From NCBI GenBank assembly GCA_012729475.1, contig JAAYDB010000159.1, positions 10,063 through 74,062 of the forward strand: a DNA stretch of 64,000 bases. Direction: 5' to 3'. The notes under the pieces are model-generated. The model did not search any database and was not told where the DNA came from. It saw only the letters and a program-made list of their open reading frames with translations. Positions 20,314 to 30,436 of this stretch are shown piece after piece (the stretch's first letter is position 1; every line of letters starts with the position of its first letter). This DNA comes from Bacteroidota bacterium (lineage in GTDB: Bacteria > Bacteroidota > Bacteroidia > Bacteroidales > VadinHA17). The position numbers and the translations under genes were made by a program.

Positions 20314-21351
20314 GTGACTGTCAATAAAACAGATATTGTAAAATTTCTCGGATTATCCGCTTCTGTTCCCATAGCAGATGTGAGGTCTCCCGGAGAGTAT
20401 AAAACCGGGCATATACCGGGTGCAGTTAACATTCCTTTATTTGATGATAAGCAGAGGGAGATCGTCGGTATTACATATAAGAATGAGGGACGAATAAAAG
20501 CTATATTAAAAGGGCTGGAACTGATTGGACCGGCAATTGATTCACGGCTTGAAAAGGCTCTCAGTCATGCTGTGGATAATCGTCTTCTTGTTTATTGCTG
20601 GAGGGGAGGTATGCGTTCAGAAACAATGGGATGGTTATTTTCTCTGGGTGGTATTAAAACGGAAATCCTGGAAGGAGGATATAAATCTTACAGACATCAT
20701 ATTCTTAATAGTTATGACAGGAAAAAAAAGATTATTGTTCTCGGAGGCATGACAGGAAGCGGTAAAACAGAAATATTAAGGTATTTATATACCGGCGGTC
20801 ATCAGGTGATAGACCTTGAAGATCTTGCCAATCATAAAGGTTCTGCCTTTGGTGCACTCGGACAGGATCTGCAGCCTTCTTCAGAACATTTTGCCAACAG
20901 GCTCTTTAATGAATGGGACAGGATAACACAGGATGAGCCGGTGTGGGTTGAGGATGAAAGCAGAAATATTGGGTCAGTCTTTATGCCGGATAATTTTTAT
21001 TCTCAGTTAAAAACAGCACCTGCAATCATTCTCATGATTGATGTTGAAAATAGAATCCCCAAATTGTTAGAGGAATATGCTGCTTTTCCCCATGATCATC
21101 TGCGGGAGTGCGTTACAAAAGTCAGTAAACGGCTGGGCGGCGAAAATACTAAAAAGGTGCTTACAGCTATTGAATCAAGCAACATGGAAGAGGCTGTCAG
21201 GATCATGCTCAGATATTATGACAGGACATATATGTACAGTCTTTCAAGAAAACCATCAAAGACAATCATTTATGTAGAATCCGATACTGTTTACGATGTA
21301 AAACATAATGCAGAACTGATAATTGAAGCATCACATAAGATAAAAATCTGA
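20314..21351 (+). CDS. selU: tRNA 2-selenouridine(34) synthase MnmH/SelU
   Basis: Rhodanese DVRSPGEY...YCWRGGMRS, P-loop GMTGSGKT, DLEDLANHKGSAFG, EDESRNIG. GTG 20314 is the preferred start. Confidence 0.93.
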   Translation: MTVNKTDIVKFLGLSASVPIADVRSPGEYKTGHIPGAVNIPLFDDKQREIVGITYKNEGRIKAILKGLELIGPAIDSRLEKALSHAVDNRLLVYCWRGGMRSETMGWLFSLGGIKTEILEGGYKSYRHHILNSYDRKKKIIVLGGMTGSGKTEILRYLYTGGHQVIDLEDLANHKGSAFGALGQDLQPSSEHFANRLFNEWDRITQDEPVWVEDESRNIGSVFMPDNFYSQLKTAPAIILMIDVENRIPKLLEEYAAFPHDHLRECVTKVSKRLGGENTKKVLTAIESSNMEEAVRIMLRYYDRTYMYSLSRKPSKTIIYVESDTVYDVKHNAELIIEASHKIKI

Positions 21352-21361
21352 TCTTATTCCT

Positions 21362-22618
21362 TTATTGCTCGTTATCATTAGAGGAATCGATCCATTTAAA
21401 GACTTTGTCGGACCTTCTTAAAACATCTTTGGTTTTTATTGAGCAATATTCTCCTTTCAGAGCTTTTTCTGTTTCCTTAAGATCGACTCTTATCTCCTGT
21501 ACTATAAGGTCAACAACGCCTGAGGAAGGGCCTGTTATAAGCAGATGATCCCCTGGTTCAAGATTACCGTTTTCAAGTTTAATTTCAGCTACACGGATCT
21601 TTTTAAAATAGTTGGTGACTTTACCCAGATAAACCTTTTTTTTCGTTGCGCTGGATCCGTAATTTGTATTCCAATCGCCGAGGCTTTGTCCGAGATAATA
21701 TCCGTCCCAGAAGCCTCTGTTGAACACCGTTGACAACCGTTTTTTCCATCCTTCTACAGCTTCCGTTGAAAAAGATCCTTCTTCAACAGCTCTCACTGCT
21801 TCATCATAACATACTGATACTGTTTTTACATATTCAGGTGAACGTGCACGTCCTTCTATTTTCAGTACTCTGACGCCTGCATTTAAAAGTTGATCAATGA
21901 AGCCAATGGTGCAAAGATCTTTTGGTGACATAATGTATTCATTATCTATCTCCAGCTGATAGCCTGATTCTTTTTCAGTCACTATATAGGATTTACGGCA
22001 GGTCTGATAGCAATTACCACGGTTAGCTGAATGGTTATTTTCATGCAGGCTGAGATAACATTTGCCGGAAACAGCCATGCACAAAGCTCCGTGAGCAAAC
22101 ATTTCAATTTTGATCAGATCTCCGCCGGGCCCCCGGATGTTCTGTTCAGAAATAGAATCACAGATATGCTTAACCTGGTGGAGATTGAGCTCTCTGGCCA
22201 GAACAACAACGTCGGCCCACGGTGAAAAAAATTTCAAGGCCTCTGTATTGCTAATGTTCATTTGTGTCGAGAGATGAACCTCCATCCCAATACTACGGGC
22301 ATATCTGATGGCTGACAGATCAGAAGCAATTATTGCTGTGATACCACTTTCTGCCGCAGTATCAATAATTTTATGCATTTGTGTTATCTCATCATCATAA
22401 ATTACAACATTCACAGTGAGATAACTTTTCAATCCATCTGCTGAACAGATTGATGCAATTTTCCGCAGATCATCCAAAGTGAAATTATGTGATGAACCGG
22501 CTCTCATATTGAGATTTTCCGCACCGAAATAAACAGAATCGGCTCCTCCCTGTATAGCAGCTATGAGAGACTCATACGATCCGGCCGGTGCCATTATTTC
22601 AATGTCTTTTCTATTCAT
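21362..22618 (-). CDS. Peptidase U32 family protein (TrhP/RlhA-like Fe-S hydroxylation factor)
   Basis: EIMAPAG, GADSVY, HLSTQ, HGALCMAVSGKC, NRGNCYQTCR, LKIEGR. Confidence 0.9.
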   Translation of the reverse strand: MNRKDIEIMAPAGSYESLIAAIQGGADSVYFGAENLNMRAGSSHNFTLDDLRKIASICSADGLKSYLTVNVVIYDDEITQMHKIIDTAAESGITAIIASDLSAIRYARSIGMEVHLSTQMNISNTEALKFFSPWADVVVLARELNLHQVKHICDSISEQNIRGPGGDLIKIEMFAHGALCMAVSGKCYLSLHENNHSANRGNCYQTCRKSYIVTEKESGYQLEIDNEYIMSPKDLCTIGFIDQLLNAGVRVLKIEGRARSPEYVKTVSVCYDEAVRAVEEGSFSTEAVEGWKKRLSTVFNRGFWDGYYLGQSLGDWNTNYGSSATKKKVYLGKVTNYFKKIRVAEIKLENGNLEPGDHLLITGPSSGVVDLIVQEIRVDLKETEKALKGEYCSIKTKDVLRRSDKVFKWIDSSNDNEQ

Positions 22619-22656
22619 TCCCTGTTATACGATAACTGTAAGCCGCGATACAGTAA

Positions 22657-23805
22657 TTATTTCTTTAAGATGATCCTTATACATGAACCTTTTCCAGGCT
22701 CTGACTGGCGTACATAAATACGTCCTGAGTGAAATTCATCCACTATTCTTTTGGCCAGAGAAAGACCTAAACCCCAGCCTCTCTGTTTCGTGGAATATCC
22801 GGGATCAAAAATTTTTCTGAAGGAGCCTTTTGGAATACCTTTCCCTGTATCTGTAACATCAATAATTACAGTTTTGCCATTTTCCATTGCTCTGAAAATA
22901 ATTACACCACTGCCTTCCATGGCATCAATGGCATTTTTTGCCAGATTCTCTATTACCCATTCAAAGAGAGGTGCATTTACAGGTGCAATAATTTGTTTTG
23001 ATCTGTCAAAATCAGCAATAAACTGCACTTTCGATGATGAGCGTGTCTTAAGGTAATCAATTGTACGTGAGATAATAGGAATAATATCGTCTTTTTTCAG
23101 TGCAGGTCTGGATCCTATCCTGGAAAAGCGCTCGGTTATTTTTTCCAGTCTTTCAACATCCCTGCCAATTTCAGCTGTTATTGAAATACCCGGATGTCGT
23201 TCCTGTAAAATTTCTACCCATCCTGCAAGTGAAGAGGTAGGAGTTCCAAGCTGATGAGCTGTCTCTTTTGACATGCTTACCCATACCTGATTATCAGCTG
23301 CTTTCCTTGATGAGCGGAAAGCAAGGTAAGCAACCAGAATAAACAGGATAATAATTGTTAACTGAACATAGGGATAATAGATCAACTGGGTAAGAATGAT
23401 ACTGTCTTTGTAGTATATTCTGTTGATAAAACCATTACCCAGATTAATAATTATGGGATCTTTCCTCTTTTTGATTCTGTTAAGCTGATCCTGCATATAA
23501 ACAGAATCAAGCATACGTACAGCATCAAAATTGCCCGAGCTTATTATTTTGTCAGCTTCATCGGTCAGAATAACGGGAATGGTAGTGTTATTTTCAATTA
23601 TTGAAAACGGGAATTCCAGATTATTTTCAGTATCAGCAGAATTGATTATTATTGTTGCTTCAGCCCATAATTCAACTTTCTTTCTTTCTTCTTCCTTCAA
23701 TATGTCAACAAGATAATTGGTATAGGCAAGTGACCCTATACCTGTCATGACGGCAAGCATGAAGAGTGCCAGCATCCACAATGTTCTATGACGGTAACTA
23801 TTCAA
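22657..23805 (-). CDS. Orphan two-component sensor histidine kinase
   Basis: KETAHQLGTP H-box, ENLAKNAIDAM, DTGKG, GWGLGL; two transmembrane helices. Confidence 0.9.
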   Translation of the reverse strand: MNSYRHRTLWMLALFMLAVMTGIGSLAYTNYLVDILKEEERKKVELWAEATIIINSADTENNLEFPFSIIENNTTIPVILTDEADKIISSGNFDAVRMLDSVYMQDQLNRIKKRKDPIIINLGNGFINRIYYKDSIILTQLIYYPYVQLTIIILFILVAYLAFRSSRKAADNQVWVSMSKETAHQLGTPTSSLAGWVEILQERHPGISITAEIGRDVERLEKITERFSRIGSRPALKKDDIIPIISRTIDYLKTRSSSKVQFIADFDRSKQIIAPVNAPLFEWVIENLAKNAIDAMEGSGVIIFRAMENGKTVIIDVTDTGKGIPKGSFRKIFDPGYSTKQRGWGLGLSLAKRIVDEFHSGRIYVRQSEPGKGSCIRIILKK

Positions 23806-23877
23806 AACCGAATAAACAGTTTACTTTGTCTTCTTTAAAACTATTAAAGATTGATTTTTATTTTCTTTCTGAATTTT

Positions 23878-26439
23878 TTATTCTGCTTTATTTCCGTCCC
23901 TTTCTTCCCAAATAACCCTGAAGCGCCGGGTTTTTCCTGTAGAACGGGAAGTATCGGGACTATCATAAGTGGTTCTCCCATATTCTTCATTAAGGATATT
24001 TCTGAGTGTCTGCCTTTCTGTTTTGATATCTTCCCTGATCTGGTTCCCTGCAGCTTTGATATCGTATGAGACTTTTACTTCTTTTCCCTTATTGGCTATT
24101 TTTAAAAACAGGGAAGTGTGCCCCAGACCATCATCCTGAACAGCCCCGAATTCAGTAGTATTTGGACGTGGTTTACGGATTTTCCTGCTCAGGATTTCTG
24201 ATAAGAGGATCTTAACATGATATTCATAATTATTTTCAAAATCGTGCCGGCCATTTATAGAAAGATCAGCAGCAGAAGAATTTACTTCCATCTGAGGTAT
24301 AAAAAGGGAATTGTTCCTGATAAAGAAATCATTTTCAAGTTCTTCGAAATGAATATTTTGCAGTTCCGACAGTTCTATAAAAGAGGAAAGCTCTTTTACC
24401 GGATCAAAATCAATAAGCGCTCCATCGGAAATAATATAATTACCCTCAGCTACAAGAGATTTAATGTCGGGCTTCAGTAGCGAGTCCATGGGTATAAGTA
24501 ATGATAAAGTTCCTGATAATAATCCCTGGAGATTTTCCGATACAATAAATTTCTGGCCAAAATTATTGAATGTGGAAAAAGTATTGTTTATATCAATTTT
24601 CTCAAGATCAAAAACACCCTTCAATAAGAATGATTTATCATTGTTTTGAGCAAAAAAACCATCACCTGTTATAAGCCCGTTAAGTGAACATAAATTTAAT
24701 GATTTAAAACTTATCATTCCGGGAGAATAATTAACTGTTGCACTAATGTCAGAAGCAGAAAAACTTTTATAGGAAAGATTATCAATCCGGAAATTTATAT
24801 CCATCAGCATATTCCTGGGCAGAAGAATTGCAGGTTTCAGTTTACCGCCTGAAGAAGATTCAGATGAAGTATCTGAAAACAGATTTTCGGGACTTATATT
24901 TTCAGATGATACATCTGCAGTGACATTCATAACAGCAGGTTTGCCAGAAATCCAGTCAGTAAAACGGATCATCTTACCACTTATTTCAAATGGCTGATCT
25001 CTGTATGTAAATCTCAGGTTTCTGGCAATAGTGGTATCAGAAACAAAAAGATCTCCGTTGACGTTTTCAAGTGTAAATTTGTTATTTTCTGTAACTATGC
25101 CAAAAGACCTGAAGTTAAGTTCAGCTTCCGGTCTGAAATTAAAGAAATCCGGGAACGAGTATTTTTTCCTTCTTTGAAGATTGCCTTTCATATCAATATC
25201 GAAATCAATAGTCCCCTTTGCTGAGATAATATTCTTTAAATTAAAAAATGAAATTATTTCTGCGGGGAATAATCTTCCTGTCATCATGAGCCTGCTGTTC
25301 AAGGCATTAAAATCAGATAACAGAAAGGAACCCTTATAAGTTGCTGAGCCAAGTCTCCCTTCAAAACCAGTAAGAGATAGAGAACTGGTCTCGGGGATCA
25401 TTTGTGATCCGTTGGTGTAGTGACCACTGAATGACAGATTATCTATGGATAATTCTGATTTATCATATGTTATACTTCCGTTATCCAAGCGGAAAATAAT
25501 ATTTATTTCAGGAGGACTTGTCCTGCTCAGCAAGCCGGTGAAACGGCTCTCAATATTGAGAATACCTGTGGGATTATATTCAGATAAGGTTTTAGTGTAT
25601 TTCTCAGGGAAGTAATTTTTTACTGCTGAAAGATCGATGTTATTTCCTCTCAGAATAAGATCAAGAACGTTTTCTGAAGATACATGACCATTGAGCCCAA
25701 AATCATAATCGTCTATATAAATTCTACTGTTGGTAAAAGAGGTTCCTGTATCCGAATGGTGCAGATTTACATCCAGATCGGTATCTACACTCCTGGTCAT
25801 ACTGAAATTATTAAGCCTGAAATGTTCAACTTTAAGCTTCCCCTTTGCAGTAAAATCAATATGATCACCTGAAATACGGCTTTTTAAATGTCCCGATTCA
25901 GCAAATCCTCTGATCAACAGGTTTATAGCTAAATTATTGTATTGAGCAGCAACATCTGTAAGGTTTATCCGGTTCAGATCGATTGTGAAAATGTTCCCGT
26001 TCTTACCTTTATTACCGGTTGTTATAACATAATTTACCAGTCCTGATGTATCTGTCAGTAAATTAAGGAAACCGTTTTTTATTCCTATTCTTTCAATATT
26101 ATATTCTCCGGCAATAATATCTGTTATTTTAAATTCCATAATAACCGATTCGGCTGAGAGAAGTGTATCGGTATCAACATCTATAAAACAGGAGGTGTCA
26201 AATCCCGGAGAAGAATATACGACAACATCCCTGAGATCGAGAGAGGCTTTGGGGAATTTTTTAAAAAAAGACAGTTTTACTGTAGCAAAATCGTATTTGG
26301 TTGACAGGTTCCTGTTGAGCGATCTGAGAATAATATCAGCAACCTTATCCTGAATGATCAGTGAAGAGGTAAAAAGTGCAATGAATAATACAAATACAAT
26401 AGCTGCAATAATCCGTATTACTTTAATATAAGATTTCAT
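23878..26439 (-). CDS. AsmA-like / TamB-superfamily envelope protein
   Basis: N-terminal anchor, long beta-rich body, AsmA-type C-terminus (IPQMEVNSSA, INGRHDFEN..EYH). Confidence 0.75.
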   Translation of the reverse strand: MKSYIKVIRIIAAIVFVLFIALFTSSLIIQDKVADIILRSLNRNLSTKYDFATVKLSFFKKFPKASLDLRDVVVYSSPGFDTSCFIDVDTDTLLSAESVIMEFKITDIIAGEYNIERIGIKNGFLNLLTDTSGLVNYVITTGNKGKNGNIFTIDLNRINLTDVAAQYNNLAINLLIRGFAESGHLKSRISGDHIDFTAKGKLKVEHFRLNNFSMTRSVDTDLDVNLHHSDTGTSFTNSRIYIDDYDFGLNGHVSSENVLDLILRGNNIDLSAVKNYFPEKYTKTLSEYNPTGILNIESRFTGLLSRTSPPEINIIFRLDNGSITYDKSELSIDNLSFSGHYTNGSQMIPETSSLSLTGFEGRLGSATYKGSFLLSDFNALNSRLMMTGRLFPAEIISFFNLKNIISAKGTIDFDIDMKGNLQRRKKYSFPDFFNFRPEAELNFRSFGIVTENNKFTLENVNGDLFVSDTTIARNLRFTYRDQPFEISGKMIRFTDWISGKPAVMNVTADVSSENISPENLFSDTSSESSSGGKLKPAILLPRNMLMDINFRIDNLSYKSFSASDISATVNYSPGMISFKSLNLCSLNGLITGDGFFAQNNDKSFLLKGVFDLEKIDINNTFSTFNNFGQKFIVSENLQGLLSGTLSLLIPMDSLLKPDIKSLVAEGNYIISDGALIDFDPVKELSSFIELSELQNIHFEELENDFFIRNNSLFIPQMEVNSSAADLSINGRHDFENNYEYHVKILLSEILSRKIRKPRPNTTEFGAVQDDGLGHTSLFLKIANKGKEVKVSYDIKAAGNQIREDIKTERQTLRNILNEEYGRTTYDSPDTSRSTGKTRRFRVIWEERDGNKAE

Positions 26440-26480
26440 TCCCGGCACAGAATTTATTACTGCAGATCATATAACGGCGA

Positions 26481-26488
26481 CAAAGTTA
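26481..26488 (-). promoter_or_regulatory. -7 promoter box (TAACTTTG) for the AsmA-like gene
   Basis: Exact TAnnTTTG match in the pepE-asmA spacer. Confidence 0.5.
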
Positions 26489-26504
26489 GTTTATTTGAAT
26501 TAAT

Positions 26505-27221
26505 TTAAGATTCTCTTTCGAGCAGGAATGTGAGATCATCATCCGGACCAACTTCAATTGGAGGCTTTCCTTTCCTGAATATTCTTGCCTTGCGTGGACC
26601 GAAAAGATTTATCTCTTCATTTTCAATAAGCAGCATCGTTCCTTCTCTCAGGCCTGCTACATAAACATCAGGATTTGCTTCTATGAATTCTTCAATACGC
26701 TGTTCTCTTGTTTCACCTGCATGACCCGCCGGATTGGCATCAAGATAATGGGGATTTATCTGGAATGGTATAAGATTGAAAGAATTAAAAGAACGAGGTT
26801 CCATTACAGGCATATCATTAGTGGTTTTAATAGTTGGGCATGCTACATTTGACCCTGCACTCCATCCTATGTAAGGAGTGCCTCCCAATACTTTTTGCCT
26901 CACTATATCAATAAGTCCTTTATCCTGAATATTCTTTATAAGTTTCCATGTATTACCACCACCAACAACTATCGCTGATGCTTCACTGACAGCTTTGACA
27001 GGGTCATCGTAGTGATGGACTGAAACTACATTATGACCTGTCTCCTGAAACCTTTCAGATACTTTCTTTTCATAGGCATCGTATGAAAATGTTACGGCAG
27101 CATAAGGCAGAAACAAAGCTTTTACAGGATTATCACCCAGAAATTCACCGATTTTTTTCTTCGGATAATCAAGATAAGGTTCTCCCGGATTCGTAGAATT
27201 GCTTATTAGTAAAAGTCTCAT
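26505..27221 (-). CDS. pepE: Dipeptidase E (peptidase S51)
   Basis: MRLLLISNST, GGGNT, GWSAGSN, TTNDMP, QINPHY, GETREQRI. Confidence 0.95.
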   Translation of the reverse strand: MRLLLISNSTNPGEPYLDYPKKKIGEFLGDNPVKALFLPYAAVTFSYDAYEKKVSERFQETGHNVVSVHHYDDPVKAVSEASAIVVGGGNTWKLIKNIQDKGLIDIVRQKVLGGTPYIGWSAGSNVACPTIKTTNDMPVMEPRSFNSFNLIPFQINPHYLDANPAGHAGETREQRIEEFIEANPDVYVAGLREGTMLLIENEEINLFGPRKARIFRKGKPPIEVGPDDDLTFLLERES

Positions 27222-27311
27222 AATACTGGGTTTAATTATTTAATATTCAAAATAATGTATAAAGTAAATATTGTGTAATATAGTATAAAAAACATAAGGT
27301 CAGATATTATC

Positions 27312-27575
27312 CTATGGAGCTTTTTTAATATCCAGCAACCAGAATGAACTATACAATAAATTAAACACTAATATTTTGCCATTTAATATGAAACCTGCTC
27401 CTCCTGCCGTAAGATACTGGAACAGGGGACATCCCAGTTCACCTGTACCCACCACCGCAACAGATGCTTTCTTTAGTTTTTCCTGCCCTGTAATTCCTAT
27501 TTCACGAAGTGAGGTTTGTCTGAAATAAGGTCTTAATTCACGTTGCGACAGAGTGTTTTCCGGTATCATATCCAT
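27312..27575 (-). pseudogene. MoeB/ThiF adenylyltransferase remnant with a large internal deletion
   Basis: RQ..L.EIG..GQEKLKKASVAVVGTGELGCP..QYL N-terminus joined directly to a late LNGKILVFN strand; under 90 codons. Confidence 0.75.
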
Positions 27576-27641
27576 TGTTTGGAACAAATATATTCAGAAT
27601 AAAAGTATACAAAAAGTAATATACCGGGATAAGAGGAAAGG

Positions 27642-27688
27642 AAAAAATGAGAAGACCGTCTCACTTATGTTATGAGACGGCCTCTTCA
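27642..27688 (-). terminator. Probable terminator after the beta-barrel gene
   Basis: Stem CCGTCTCA/TGAGACGG (27656-63/27673-80) with imperfect extension, and an A-run at 27642-27647. Confidence 0.65.
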
Positions 27689-27711
27689 ATATATTCAGGA
27701 ACGAAAAAAAA

Positions 27712-28662
27712 CTAATCAATGGTAAATGCCAGACCTATTTCATAGGGGAAGAGGTTTGTTCCCCCGGGAGTCTTATCTGTTTTGAAAAGCGGAGTCATAT
27801 AATATGTTCCATAGATGGCAAAGTTTTCATACCCCAGACGTGCTGTAGCACCAAGGCGTAGCATATTCAGGCTGAAATCATCGTCAGACTTGATTTTATC
27901 GTCATTATCATATACCATCTTGGAATGGGAGTGTAATTTAACTGCTCCTATTGTCCCGAATGAAAGATTAAGACGCTTATGATCAGTAGGGATTTGCAAC
28001 TCGAACAATACAGGCAGCTGAAGATACATGGTAGTAAGTTTTGATTTCTTAAGCACACCATCAGGATTGAGCATTTCAATAACCCCGTTTTCTCCCTTCA
28101 CAATATTATTGTTCCCTTCAAAGACATAATTATTCCAGTTTACTCCCAGACCAGTGACAAATCCTATATGCCGGGCCAGTCCGATGCTCAGTTGTGTAAA
28201 ATTGAGGTTAAAACTAAGGGATTTACCCGTGTGAAGCGACATATAATTAATGTTATCCGGAAGAGAAACAGAATATCCGTCAGTCAGGTAATTGTTAAAA
28301 CCGGCTTCAATACCTGCCAGATGTCCTTTAAATCTTCTTCTGTTCCATTCTCTTTCTGCTTTGAGATCTTTTTCCTCGTCATCACATAAGTTGTCTTCTC
28401 TGGTTCTCTTGTCTATTTCAACTTTTGGGAACCTGTTTTCGTAATTATCTGTGATCACTATTTCCCGGTTACCAGCCTGTATCTTTACAGAACTGCTGTC
28501 ACTCTCAACAATCACCCTTTCTTTACCGGCAATCACCCTTACTATACTATTGGAATCTGAATTTTCTTTTTCATGGATCTTTGAACCGGCAGCGGATGAT
28601 CCCTGTCCGGAAACGCAAATAATACATGTCAGCAAAAAAATAATTAAACCCGTTCTTTTCAT
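27712..28662 (-). CDS. Outer membrane beta-barrel protein (porin/PorT-like)
   Basis: Signal peptide ending before Q, GIEAGFN, YLQLPVLFE, alternating aromatic strands at the C-terminus. Confidence 0.75.
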   Translation of the reverse strand: MKRTGLIIFLLTCIICVSGQGSSAAGSKIHEKENSDSNSIVRVIAGKERVIVESDSSSVKIQAGNREIVITDNYENRFPKVEIDKRTREDNLCDDEEKDLKAEREWNRRRFKGHLAGIEAGFNNYLTDGYSVSLPDNINYMSLHTGKSLSFNLNFTQLSIGLARHIGFVTGLGVNWNNYVFEGNNNIVKGENGVIEMLNPDGVLKKSKLTTMYLQLPVLFELQIPTDHKRLNLSFGTIGAVKLHSHSKMVYDNDDKIKSDDDFSLNMLRLGATARLGYENFAIYGTYYMTPLFKTDKTPGGTNLFPYEIGLAFTID

Positions 28663-28728
28663 CAGTATTAATCTTTAAAGTCAGAATATATTTTCATTTA
28701 TTCACTTTGTAATGTCTCTCTGCGTTTA

Positions 28729-28756
28729 AGACGAATTAACCGGCACGAAGGTTACA
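28729..28756 (-). promoter_or_regulatory. Putative ECF sigma promoter TGTAAC-N17-CGTCT for the beta-barrel gene
   Basis: Same -35/-10 hexamers as upstream of the sigma gene; the -35 overlaps the anti-sigma stop codon. Confidence 0.7.
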
Positions 28757-29855
28757 AACCGTTTTTTTCATCTTTTGCAGGGATATTTACTTTTAATAAT
28801 CCTGAGCTGAAATAATACGACTGTAAATCGCCTGCTTCGTTACTTGTTGTTACCAGGGCCATTTCCCATCCAAGAAGCCTGTTGAGGCCTTCAATACCGG
28901 CCCGCGCCACTTCATATGATTTAATGGGATCATCAGTAACTACATCATCTTTCAGGATCCTTTCCCGGAAGAATCCTGCAAGATATTGCTGTAATCTGCT
29001 CCTTTGATCATTTTCGTTTGCTGCTATATTGATGTAGCCGTTATATAACAGGATATTGTTTCCGTTACTGTCACTTACAGCAGCTTTCAGATTAGCTGTG
29101 GTAACAGGTGATATTGCAGGTGTCGATCTGATAACAAGGGCTTGTGCAGTATCAGGTACCGGAGAACTGTCCGCAAGAGCTTCTTTTACCGAAAAGCCTG
29201 TTGATTTTGTAGTTTCCATAACTGATGATGAAGCCAGAGATGAATTTTTGTTCATTCCTGGAGTCTCATGAAGTACCTCAGGAGTTGTAATTTCAATGTG
29301 ACCGGTATTATTTCCGGACATATATTTTTCAGTTATGGCTTGTGTCTTAAGGGACAGATAACGCGGTATAAAAACGGCACTTAGTACAAGAATAGCTATT
29401 GTTGCAGCTGTACCTAGTACAATAGCTGAGTAACGTAGAAAGCGCCATACGTTATCCGGCTTTTTCAGAAGTAGTTTGTTATTGTATCTGACAGGGGCAG
29501 TATCAAGACGGGTTTTCTGGATGGCATCAAAAATTTTCCTGTGTTCAGGATGGACAGAAAGGTTCTGCTCCAGGTCATTAAGCTGGCCCGGGGTGATGTC
29601 ATTCTCCAGAAAAGCAACAGACAGGTACTCGATCTGCGATCTTGTCAGTTCCTCAGCTGATCGTTTCAGTTTATCCTTACCGGGCATAGAAACAGGATTG
29701 GCAGACAGACATTCACAACCTGCCAATTCTGTCTTTTCAAGGATATCCTGATTCTCTTCCAGAAATGACAGAAGCTGTTCCACCTCTGACTGGCTCAGTT
29801 TTCCTTCAAGCCAGTCGGTGATCCATTGTTCAAAATTTGATCTGTCAGGTTGCAT
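28752..29855 (-). CDS. Putative membrane-anchored anti-sigma factor
   Basis: Directly follows the ECF sigma gene; N-terminal W/F-LE-G/N-x-L helical units, one transmembrane helix, low-complexity linker. Confidence 0.7.
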   Translation of the reverse strand: MQPDRSNFEQWITDWLEGKLSQSEVEQLLSFLEENQDILEKTELAGCECLSANPVSMPGKDKLKRSAEELTRSQIEYLSVAFLENDITPGQLNDLEQNLSVHPEHRKIFDAIQKTRLDTAPVRYNNKLLLKKPDNVWRFLRYSAIVLGTAATIAILVLSAVFIPRYLSLKTQAITEKYMSGNNTGHIEITTPEVLHETPGMNKNSSLASSSVMETTKSTGFSVKEALADSSPVPDTAQALVIRSTPAISPVTTANLKAAVSDSNGNNILLYNGYINIAANENDQRSRLQQYLAGFFRERILKDDVVTDDPIKSYEVARAGIEGLNRLLGWEMALVTTSNEAGDLQSYYFSSGLLKVNIPAKDEKNGL

Positions 29856-29856
29856 A

Positions 29857-30342
29857 CTATATAACAGTTTCAATTTTTCCGATAAAAGTTTTCAGAGCAC
29901 AACGGCCTCTGTAAATATTGATTTTTACCTGAGCTTCAGTTTGTCCGGTTATCTCACTTATTTCCCTGTAACTGTATCCCTCGTAATCGCGCAGTAAAAT
30001 GACAGACTTCTGGTTTTCAGGCAGACGTTGAAGAGCTGAATGAAGGATCTCATTCAGATCGGAATATTGTGATCCGTCAGGCATATCATTATTGTCGGTG
30101 ATTTCAAGATATGTGATTCTCTTTTCTTTACGGATCACATCGATCATTGTATGGTATGCTGTAGAGAACAACCACGATTTAACAACTGCATAATCAAGTT
30201 CTGCAACGTGGTTCCACAGTTTTTCGTAGGTATCCTGTACAATATCATTTGCCCGCTCATCATCCTTCAGATCGGCCCGGATGAAACGGTAGATATTATC
30301 GGCGTACTCTTCAACAGACCTGTTGTACTCTTTTACCGTCAT
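29857..30342 (-). CDS. RNA polymerase ECF sigma-70 factor
   Basis: Region 2 DIVQDTYEKLW..KSWLF; region 4 LP..QKSVILLRDYEGYSYREI..VKINIYRGR. Confidence 0.93.
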   Translation of the reverse strand: MTVKEYNRSVEEYADNIYRFIRADLKDDERANDIVQDTYEKLWNHVAELDYAVVKSWLFSTAYHTMIDVIRKEKRITYLEITDNNDMPDGSQYSDLNEILHSALQRLPENQKSVILLRDYEGYSYREISEITGQTEAQVKINIYRGRCALKTFIGKIETVI

Positions 30343-30361
30343 AATAATTACTACGGTAAAA

Positions 30362-30388
30362 AGACGGATAAAATTATAAATAGTTACA
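30362..30388 (-). promoter_or_regulatory. Putative autoregulatory ECF promoter TGTAAC-N16-CGTCT
   Basis: AAC/CGT ECF-type consensus about 20 nt upstream of the sigma start. Confidence 0.72.
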
Positions 30389-30436
30389 GAAAGGGAGAGA
30401 AGAAGCGAAATTCACTTAGCGCCTGCCATTTCGGAC

